Shown here piece after piece: positions 1 to 6,633 of a DNA stretch of 12,826 nucleotides. Origin of the DNA: a virus (lineage: Duplodnaviria > Heunggongvirae > Uroviricota > Caudoviricetes). The notes below the pieces were generated by a model. That model was not told the DNA's origin, ran no database searches, and worked only from the letters and a program-made list of their open reading frames with translations. The stretch lies in IMG/VR virus record IMGVR_UViG_2939167301_000004; one strand, 5' to 3'. Each line of letters starts with the position of its first letter. Position 1 is the stretch's first letter. The translations under genes were made by a program, and so were the position numbers.

Positions 1-747
1 ATGAATCATCTTTACGAACAACTGACCGCACTTAAACTCACCGGCTTCCGTGATGCGCTTAAAAAGCAACTTGCTCAGCCGGGCACATACCAGGAGCTGG
101 GCTTCGAAGAACGCCTGTCATTACTGACAGCAGAAGAACTAACCTGCCGTGAAAACAGGAAGGCAGAGCGTCTGATCAAACATGCACGGTTCAGACTTAA
201 TGCTGAGTTATCAAAGCTGGATTATCGTAACAATAGAGGGCTGGACAGGGCCCTCATCCGTTCACTCAGTCAGGGAAACTGGTTAACCCTGAAACAAAAT
301 ATTTTACTGACCGGGGCCACCGGCAGCGGTAAAACGTTCCTGGCATGTGCACTTGGTCATAATGCCTGCCGACAGGGATACAAGGTCTACTATTATCGCC
401 TTAAAGCGCTGATGGAACAGTGCTATCAGGGGCATGCTGATGGAAGATACAGCAAACTTTTGACCAGGCTGAATAATAGCGATCTGCTGCTTCTGGATGA
501 CTGGGGGCTGGAACCTCTCTCATCAGAACAGCGTAGCGACCTGCTGGAAATAGTGGATCTGATGTACCAACGAGGCTCAATCATCGTAGTGAGCCAGTTG
601 CCGGTGGAAAACTGGTACAAAATGATCGGAGACTCCACACATGCGGATGCCATCCTAGATCGACTGGTTCATGGCAGTATCAAGATCGAACTTAAAGGAG
701 AATCAATGCGGAAAATACAATCTCCGTTGACCGAAGGAGATCAGTGA
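1..747 (+). CDS. istB: IS21-family IstB helper ATPase
   Basis: 248-aa ORF with Walker A (GATGSGKT) and Walker B (LLLLDDWG) motifs and IstB-like overall sequence. The ORF starts at window base 1, so the cognate istA would lie upstream outside the window. Confidence 0.85.
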   Translation: MNHLYEQLTALKLTGFRDALKKQLAQPGTYQELGFEERLSLLTAEELTCRENRKAERLIKHARFRLNAELSKLDYRNNRGLDRALIRSLSQGNWLTLKQNILLTGATGSGKTFLACALGHNACRQGYKVYYYRLKALMEQCYQGHADGRYSKLLTRLNNSDLLLLDDWGLEPLSSEQRSDLLEIVDLMYQRGSIIVVSQLPVENWYKMIGDSTHADAILDRLVHGSIKIELKGESMRKIQSPLTEGDQ

Positions 748-800
748 AGGTAATTTAAAAACGGTTCTGTGAAAGTGACACGAACCGATCTCCATCGATG
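1..800 (+). mobile_element. 3' portion of an IS21-family insertion sequence (istB plus right terminus); continues beyond window start
   Basis: istB followed by about 50-85 bp containing a direct repeat ACCGATCTCC (783-792 and 807-816), typical of multi-repeat IS21-family ends. Exact right terminus not determinable (somewhere 748-835). Confidence 0.5.
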
Positions 801-1403
801 TTACTCACCGATCTCCTTCACGGTAATACGCAACACTGACTGACGTGATGCCAGTTGCGCACTTTTACGCGAAAAAATCATGTTCTGCGCAGGGGTGAAT
901 TTTTCACGGCTGTCATCCACCGAAGCCACGTCAGGCCTGAATCCGATGGTCGTTAAAATGTCGCTATCCTGTGCGGAATAATTAATTTTTTCACCCTTCG
1001 CAAGCCAGGACAGAAGGGCTTCACGCAGGGCATCTGTGGCACGCTGTATGGCACAGTTTCGGGCAATGGCCGTCAGCTCACTGTAGCCCATCAGCTCTGG
1101 TGCCAGTGCGGCCGCCAGTACTGTGCCGTGCTGCTGCATAAAATCATTCAGCCGGTCGCGGATGCTGATGTGCTGAACGGCTTCATGCGAACGAATATAA
1201 CGACCGGCGGCCTGATTCACCTGCCATTTTCTGACTTCGATAATATTGCGTAATTCGTCCAGGCGGCTGACATTTCTGCCTTCTCCTGACAGAAGCCGCA
1301 GATATTCCTGTTCGGCCGCTGCCAGCTCATTTTTGCGTTGCAGCCATGCTGCTTTGTTATTCTGACAGGTGTCAAAGGCCTGCTGTAAGGCTGTGCTTTC
1401 CAT
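801..1403 (-). CDS. psu: P4 Psu-like polarity suppression / capsid decoration protein
   Basis: 200-aa ORF that I recognise as Psu-like, in the expected position downstream of delta in a sid-delta-psu operon. An IS21-family end lies immediately downstream, so the last ~10 codons may not be native. Confidence 0.65.
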   Translation of the reverse strand: MESTALQQAFDTCQNNKAAWLQRKNELAAAEQEYLRLLSGEGRNVSRLDELRNIIEVRKWQVNQAAGRYIRSHEAVQHISIRDRLNDFMQQHGTVLAAALAPELMGYSELTAIARNCAIQRATDALREALLSWLAKGEKINYSAQDSDILTTIGFRPDVASVDDSREKFTPAQNMIFSRKSAQLASRQSVLRITVKEIGE

Positions 1404-1476
1404 CGTTATCTCTTTCTCATCATGCTGAAGAATAAAAATACGGTGTGCGGCGACGGCCGGGGTTAACCGGCAGCCC

Positions 1477-1977
1477 TCATTCCAGACGCAGCGAATATGA
1501 TTGTGTTTTTAACCGTACTGGCGGCAGTTCCTGTTTTTCATGCAGGCGTTCTGCCAGTTCGTCCGGCGTGACCGGGCGGACAATGAAGCGGGTGATGGTC
1601 TGAAGCGTTTTAAACACCAGACCACAGCCCGGATCCGTGCACACATAAAAACGCTCGGTGACTTCCTGAGACAGACGCCGCGATGTTCTTGACAGCGCAA
1701 GGCCTTTACATCTCCGACAACAATATCCGGTAACAAGCATTCTTTTCGGGCGTTTCATACTGCCGGAGGCTGACGTCAGTGAATCGCGGTATCTCTGTTT
1801 GCCTGAAATGTATTCCATTCCTGAATCTTTACTGTCAGAGAAAAAGCTTTCACTCGCTTCAAATGTCGCAGAGCAATAAATATTCCGGCACTGTGCAATC
1901 ATTATCTTGGTGCCATCGTCCATGAAATGTGCGCGGCGGGTGTGAGCAACATGTCCACACGACGGGCAGTAAATCAT
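1477..1977 (-). CDS. delta: Delta-like late-gene transactivator (tandem Ogr-type zinc finger)
   Basis: 166 aa with two Ogr-like halves, each carrying C-x2-C ... C-x4-C motifs (CPSCGH...CRNIYC and CRRCKG...CTDPGCG). Its start overlaps the sid stop as ATGA (1974-1977). Confidence 0.8.
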   Translation of the reverse strand: MIYCPSCGHVAHTRRAHFMDDGTKIMIAQCRNIYCSATFEASESFFSDSKDSGMEYISGKQRYRDSLTSASGSMKRPKRMLVTGYCCRRCKGLALSRTSRRLSQEVTERFYVCTDPGCGLVFKTLQTITRFIVRPVTPDELAERLHEKQELPPVRLKTQSYSLRLE

Positions 1978-2641
1978 GACAGCAGTCCTCTGGCCTTAAG
2001 CACTGCTCCCTGCTGGTCTATTTTGTCCTGCCACACCTTGCGCTGTGCCGGTGTGCCTGCCACCTCATAATCCATGTGAGGAAGTGTTGCCGCTGACAGT
2101 CCGGTCAGCCGGAGAACCGGCTCGCCGGTGAGGCTGATTTGCATCTGTTTAATTTTCTGTTCCAGCGATGATTTCACCTGCTGCATGACAGCCTTTTCCG
2201 GTGCGACGTAGCCCTGATGGCCGGTGGTGTTGGCGAGCGGATTTTCCTGTACCAGAATGCTCAGATGCATTGCCCGGACAAGCGCCTCACAGGTTTCATT
2301 CAGGGCGTGTTCCAGCTCATGCTCTGCATACAGACTCAGAAGGTGATGATGTGCCTTCCGGTAGGCGGTGGCCGTGCTGTCACACGCCCCTTTCAGGCGT
2401 TCGCGTTCAAAATTCAGCACCACGGCCAGATTGTCATATTCCTGTACCAGCTCCCGGCGTGCCACGCGCTCAATGTGGCGCTGTTTCAGCTCGTCGCTCA
2501 GGACACCACCGGCTGCACGAAAGGCCGTGCGCCAGTCGTCAGCGTCGTTTCCGTCGGCCTGCGCCAGCGCATTTTTTTCCTGCTCTGTGAACCGCCCCGG
2601 GAATCCTGGAGACTAAACTTCCTGAGAAAGAGGTAAACAGG

Positions 2642-2968
2642 ATGACTAAAAATACTCGTTTTTCCCCTGAAGTCCGTCAACGGGCAGTCCGTATGGTTCT
2701 GGAAAGTCAGGGCGAATATGACTCACAATGGGCGACAATTTGTTCCATTGCTCCAAAGATTGGCTGTACGCCGGAGACTCTGCGTGTCTGGGTTCGCCAG
2801 CATGAGCGGGATACCGGGGGCGGTGATGGAGGGCTCACCACCGCTGAACGTCAGCGTCTGAAAGAGCTGGAGCGTGAAAATCGTGAACTGCGCCGCAGTA
2901 ACGATATCCTTCGCCAGGCTTCCGCTTATTTTGCGAAGGCGGAGTTCGACCGCCTCTGGAAAAAATGA
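2642..2968 (+). CDS. IS3-family transposase OrfA (HTH)
   Basis: 108-aa ORF with the N-terminal HTH and leucine-zipper-like region typical of IS3-family OrfA. An A6 run (2960-2965) sits at the orfA stop / orfB start overlap. Confidence 0.9.
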   Translation: MTKNTRFSPEVRQRAVRMVLESQGEYDSQWATICSIAPKIGCTPETLRVWVRQHERDTGGGDGGLTTAERQRLKELERENRELRRSNDILRQASAYFAKAEFDRLWKK

Positions 2969-3855
2969 TGCCACTGCTGGATAAGCTGCGTGAGCAGTAC
3001 GGGGTCGGACCGCTATGCAGCGAACTGCATATTGCCCCGTCAACGTATTACCACTGTCAGCAACAGCGACATCATCCGGATAAACGCAGTGCCCGTGCGC
3101 AGCGCGATGACTGGCTGAAGAAAGAGATACAGCGCGTATACGATGAAAATCACAAGGTATACGGTGTGCGTAAAGTCTGGCGTCAGTTGTTACGGGAAGG
3201 TATCAGAGTGGCCAGATGCACTGTGGCACGTCTCATGGCGGTTATGGGACTTGCCGGTGTTCTCCGGGGTAAAAAGGTCCGTACGACCATCAGCCGGAAA
3301 GCCGTTGCCGCAGGCGACCGCGTAAACCGTCAGTTCGTGGCAGAACGACCTGACCAGCTGTGGGTGGCTGATTTTACTTACGTCAGCACATGGCAGGGCT
3401 TCGTCTATGTGGCGTTCATCATTGATGTGTTTGCCGGATACATTGTGGGGTGGCGGGTCTCATCGTCCATGGAGACGACATTCGTGCTGGATGCACTGGA
3501 GCAGGCGTTATGGGCCCGTCGACCGTCCGGCACGGTCCATCACAGTGATAAAGGTTCTCAGTATGTATCGCTGGCCTACACACAGCGGCTTAAGGAAGCC
3601 GGATTACTGGCATCAACAGGAAGTACAGGCGACTCGTATGACAACGCGATGGCGGAGAGCATCAATGGTCTTTACAAAGCGGAGGTAATACACCGTAAGA
3701 GCTGGAAAAACCGTGCAGAAGTGGAACTGGCCACACTCACGTGGGTGGACTGGTATAACAATCGACGATTGCTGGAAAGGCTGGGCCATACTCCTCCGGC
3801 AGAAGCAGAAAAAGCTTATTATGCTTCCATCGGAAACGATGATCTGGCAGCCTGA
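2965..3855 (+). CDS. IS3-family transposase OrfB (DDE catalytic domain)
   Basis: 296-aa ORF in the -1 frame relative to orfA with an rve-type DDE core. The A6 run at 2960-2965 is a candidate -1 programmed frameshift site producing an OrfAB fusion. Confidence 0.9.
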   Translation: MMPLLDKLREQYGVGPLCSELHIAPSTYYHCQQQRHHPDKRSARAQRDDWLKKEIQRVYDENHKVYGVRKVWRQLLREGIRVARCTVARLMAVMGLAGVLRGKKVRTTISRKAVAAGDRVNRQFVAERPDQLWVADFTYVSTWQGFVYVAFIIDVFAGYIVGWRVSSSMETTFVLDALEQALWARRPSGTVHHSDKGSQYVSLAYTQRLKEAGLLASTGSTGDSYDNAMAESINGLYKAEVIHRKSWKNRAEVELATLTWVDWYNNRRLLERLGHTPPAEAEKAYYASIGNDDLAA

Positions 3856-4039
3856 GTTCACAGATAAAATACTCTCCAGGAAACCCGGGGCGGTTCACTG
3901 CCCGTTCAATGGCCGTGACGGTCTCATCCATCAGGCGGGCGTTCTCAAGATGGGCGGCTCTGGCCTTTTCCAGTTGTGCCAGTGCGGGTTGCAGATATTC
4001 AGGGATAGTGTGGTCAGACATTTTCCGGCTCCTCGTCAC

Positions 4040-4111
4040 TTCAGGTTAAGAAAATTGTGACGTACACCGGACAGCAACACGACGCATTGCAGATGTGCCA
4101 GCCCTGACACA
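4040..4111 (-). promoter_or_regulatory. Candidate Psid late promoter with two TGT-N12-ACA activator dyads
   Basis: Perfect TGT-N12-ACA at 4056-4073 and 4094-4111, centred about 18 and 55 bp upstream of an inferred start near 4047 for sid (ATG 4021). This is the Ogr/Delta-type activator site architecture. Confidence 0.5.
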
Positions 4112-4190
4112 GGAGACTCATCCTCAGACCGGCAAGCCAGGAAAAGGTCGCAGGAAAAACCGGCTTACTGTTTGTTTTTTTATATTTTAC

Positions 4191-4294
4191 TGTTCACCTC
4201 TGTTCACCATAAGAAAAAAGATAAGTAATACAGTAAGTTAAAGGGTGAACAATCGCAGTAATGACTGTTCACCGTCTGTTCACCACTGTTCACC
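4191..4294. repeat. ori-like iteron cluster (six TGTTCACC octamers)
   Basis: TGTTCACC at 4191, 4201, 4266, 4277, 4287 and inverted at 4244-4251, with roughly 10-bp phasing, followed by an AT-rich tract (about 4300-4400). Matches the type I iterons bound by P4 alpha. Confidence 0.6.
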
Positions 4295-4452
4295 CGTTGA
4301 TGGGCTTTTTATGCTGTTTATTACTGTTTATTTTTATTAATTCACTGAAATAAATAAGAAAAAACAATTTGTATTTCACTATAAAAAATTCCAGGTCCTT
4401 CAGAACCCTTTGAGACCCTTCCAGTCCAGATGGATAAAAAACACACAGCCAT

Positions 4453-4520
4453 TGTAAGGTTGCCGGAACAAATTCCCCCTGTTGCGTCTGCTGAAAATAT
4501 TCACAAAATAAAGCGCTACC
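4453..4520 (+). promoter_or_regulatory. Candidate PLL late promoter upstream of vis
   Basis: Perfect TGT-N12-ACA dyad at 4453-4470 and an imperfect one about 36 bp downstream; would place a start near 4516, about 55 nt before the vis ATG. Confidence 0.4.
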
Positions 4521-4572
4521 CGAAGCCGGACGGACTTATCCGGTGCTGTATGGACATTAACGAGGTAGCCCG

Positions 4573-4839
4573 ATGCAAGCTGTTTTTTCTTCCCCGTCTC
4601 CCGCCCCTGTTACGCCACTGATGCCGCTGCCGGACATCACGCAGGAGCGTTTTTTACGTCTGCCGGAAGTGATGCACCTGTGCGGCCTGTCACGCTCGAC
4701 CATCTATGAACTCATCCGTAAGGGGGAATTTCCGCCGCAGGTGAGTCTTGGCGGTAAAAATGTGGCCTGGCTGCACTCTGAAGTCACCGCATGGATGGCC
4801 GGGCGCATTGCCGGACGCAAACGGGGGTACGACGCATGA
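4573..4839 (+). CDS. vis: AlpA-family phage regulatory protein (P4 Vis / orf88-like)
   Basis: 88-aa ORF with the AlpA-type HTH signature (RFLRLPEV...[17 protein letters not shown]); GAGG Shine-Dalgarno 7 nt upstream. Confidence 0.8.
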   Translation: MQAVFSSPSPAPVTPLMPLPDITQERFLRLPEVMHLCGLSRSTIYELIRKGEFPPQVSLGGKNVAWLHSEVTAWMAGRIAGRKRGYDA

Positions 4840-5435
4840 TGATGCCCGCTCTGCAAAAACTCCCTTTTTCTGGCTTGCCTTTTTCCGGCATTTGCGGATA
4901 TAGTTTTTCCGCTGTCGCAAAATCGGCAGCCGGGCGTGGAAACCCGTGTAACTCGAAGGCGACATATGACGCGCCATGCGTCTTTTTTTGTGTCGCAATC
5001 AACGCCACAGAGCGCCAGATTATGGTGTGGTGTGTGGTCAGTCGTGCAGATGGCATTCCGTGCATCCTGCCCGCGTCCGCTCATTATGCCGCAGAGTCAA
5101 TGGTAGCTCAGGCGGGGCAGCCTCCGGGCTGGCCGGTATTCTTCGAGGCCGGTATTTCCACCCCCGTCTGGGCTATCGCCATTGAGCGTGGAAACTCCGG
5201 CGATAGCAGTTATTTGCTACTCGAAGGAGGCTGCCTTATGGCTACAACCCTTACCCCCTCACACCCTGAATTTGTCTTTGTGTTTGCGGCTGTCCGTCGT
5301 GCAGACCGTCATCCCCGTATCTGTATGCTTCGCACCGTCGCCGGTGATGAACGCAGTGCCCGCCGTTCCCTTGTCCGTGACTATGTGCTCTCCCTTGCTG
5401 CCCGTCTGCCGGTGGTGGAGGTGTCCCGTGCGTAA
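4836..5435 (+). CDS. Long open frame (199 codons) spanning the immunity region; possibly eta-like; coding status uncertain
   Basis: Its ATG overlaps the vis stop as ATGA (4836-4839). The N-terminal two-thirds is low-complexity and contains the candidate PLE promoter and a terminator hairpin. There is a strong internal start (GGAGG then ATG at 5238) giving a 65-aa product in the same frame. Confidence 0.35.
   Translation: MMMPALQKLPFSGLPFSGICGYSFSAVAKSAAGRGNPCNSKATYDAPCVFFCVAINATERQIMVWCVVSRADGIPCILPASAHYAAESMVAQAGQPPGWPVFFEAGISTPVWAIAIERGNSGDSSYLLLEGGCLMATTLTPSHPEFVFVFAAVRRADRHPRICMLRTVAGDERSARRSLVRDYVLSLAARLPVVEVSRA
4875..4904 (+). promoter_or_regulatory. Candidate sigma70 promoter (PLE-like)
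   Basis: TTGCCT (4875-4880), 18-bp spacer, TATAGT (4899-4904). Confidence 0.45.
4968..4989 (+). terminator. Intrinsic terminator-like hairpin in the leader (attenuator candidate)
   Basis: GACGC-gccat-GCGTC stem-loop followed by seven T residues, about 60 nt downstream of the candidate promoter. Confidence 0.4.
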
Positions 5436-5715
5436 TAAAAAAGCCCCTCAGACCGTCTCAGCACGTCATGACGCCCGTGAACACCTCAGCATTGAGGCTT
5501 ACCATAAGCTCAACCGCGCCAGCGCCGTATCCCGGTTTGTTGGGGGTGATTTGATTCACCGTGAACTCTCCGGCCTGCATCAGCTCTACATTCCGCATAT
5601 TTTCAGCTACCTGAATGAAGATATTGATTTTGTGCTGAATGAGCTGAAAGCCAAAGGCCTGTGCCGCGATTTTCTCGCCCAGCAGAAAGACCGGGGAGAC
5701 AGGACGCATGTTTGA
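5428..5715 (+). CDS. Small protein at the epsilon position (95 aa; candidate helper-derepression protein)
   Basis: GTG start with GGAGG 6 nt upstream; overlaps the stop of the preceding frame. Size and position match what I recall for P4 epsilon; the sequence itself was not verified. Confidence 0.5.
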   Translation: MRNKKAPQTVSARHDAREHLSIEAYHKLNRASAVSRFVGGDLIHRELSGLHQLYIPHIFSYLNEDIDFVLNELKAKGLCRDFLAQQKDRGDRTHV

Positions 5716-6163
5716 TTTTCCCCAGCCCGGTGAGATTTACCGTTCTGCCGGTTTTCCCGATGTGGCCGTGGTCGGCATTCTGGAAGACGGTATTCCGTGG
5801 GAAATGCCATACCGCTGCCCGGAAATTGTCTGGAACCCGTACCGCCGTAAATTCAGTATCCTTGTGCGTATCCTCGCCGACGGGCGCACCACAGACATCC
5901 CGCTGGGGCGTTTTCTGCGGGAATTTACCTGTGACCGTCCTGACCTGTTTAAACGCAGCCCCGTAAACCGGCATGCGGTACTGAAAGAAATGGCCGGAGA
6001 CCCGGAATTACAGAAATGGCGGGAGAAATATCTGGATATTTACCCGCAGGACACTGTTCCGGTCAGCCGGGCAGCACCGGTAGCGCGGGAATGGCGGGAA
6101 ATTCCCCGCACGGAGCCTGACCCGGAAACCACCCCGGATAACAGTTACCGCAATTATCTGTAA
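5708..6163 (+). CDS. Hypothetical protein (P4 orf151-like)
   Basis: 151-aa ORF; its ATG overlaps the upstream stop as ATGTTTGA (translational coupling). Confidence 0.6.
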   Translation: MFDFPQPGEIYRSAGFPDVAVVGILEDGIPWEMPYRCPEIVWNPYRRKFSILVRILADGRTTDIPLGRFLREFTCDRPDLFKRSPVNRHAVLKEMAGDPELQKWREKYLDIYPQDTVPVSRAAPVAREWREIPRTEPDPETTPDNSYRNYL

Positions 6164-6298
6164 TTAAAAAACGACACCCGAAAAATTAAATGTGCGTATT
6201 CGCGCAGGGATACGCACGTCTTCAGGAGACGCAGATATGCCTTATCAGTTAATGCAACCGGCACGGAATGCAGTCATCTGTCACAGGGAGGAAAGCAA

Positions 6299-6619
6299 AT
6301 GAAAACACCCTTACCGCCCGTCTTACGCGCTGCCCTTTACCGTCGCGCTGTCGCCTGTGCCTGGCTGACCGTGTGCGAACGTCAGCACCGCTACCCGCAT
6401 CTCACCCTTGAGTCACTGGAGGCGGCCATCGCCGCTGAGCTGGAGGGCTTTTATCTGCGCCAGCACGGTGAGGAAAAAGGGCGTCAGATAGCCTGTGCCC
6501 TGCTGGAAGATTTAATGGAATCCGGCCCCCTGAAGGCCGCGCCGTCGCTGTCCTTTCTCGGGCTGGTTGTGATGGATGAACTCTGTGCCCGTCACATAAA
6601 AGCGCCGGTACTGCACTGA
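6299..6619 (+). CDS. Hypothetical protein (P4 orf106 / cnr-like copy-number regulator candidate)
   Basis: 106-aa ORF with GGGAGG Shine-Dalgarno, immediately upstream of the primase gene. Confidence 0.6.
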
Positions 6620-6633
6620 AGGAGAACAACACC

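Larger units (their letters stand above)
2588..3897 (+). mobile_element. IS629/IS1203-like IS3-family insertion sequence, copy A (1310 bp)
   Basis: Terminal inverted repeats TGAACCGCCCCGGG (2588-2601) and CCCGGGGCGGTTCA (3884-3897); orfA/orfB pair; flanked by direct CTG at 2585-2587 and 3898-3900. Confidence 0.85.
1974..4021 (-). pseudogene. sid: sid-like capsid size-determination scaffold gene interrupted by IS629
   Basis: N-terminal segment 4021-3898 (MSDHTIPEYLQ..., GAGGAG Shine-Dalgarno upstream) and C-terminal segment 2587-1974 are in the same frame once the IS and one copy of the CTG duplication are removed. The reconstructed product is 244 aa, matching my recollection of P4 Sid. Confidence 0.7.

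Noticed and set aside
2201-2636. Three overlapping plus-strand ORFs (129, 139, 82 aa) antisense to sid
   Set aside because: They lie entirely within the better-supported sid frame on the opposite strand, are Arg/Pro/Cys-rich with no start context, and are typical of open antisense frames in GC-rich coding DNA.
3737-4060. 100-aa and 115-aa ORFs crossing the IS629 right end
   Set aside because: Chimeric frames: the 100-aa ORF is the sid N-terminus fused to antisense IS sequence, and the same IS-derived ORFs recur at copy B (10761-11118). They are insertion artefacts.
4690-5084. Minus-strand ORFs (93-126 aa) overlapping vis and the immunity region
   Set aside because: Antisense to vis and to the promoter/terminator region; no start signals and implausible composition.
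4836-6619. A hidden anti-phage defence system among the left-operon hypothetical genes
   Set aside because: These ORFs sit in the conserved P4 left-operon positions (eta/epsilon/orf151/cnr) rather than in the variable hotspot, are small, and show no nuclease, NTPase, TIR, Sir2 or toxin-like motifs in the sequence. No support for a novel system beyond the ordinary uncharacterised P4 genes.
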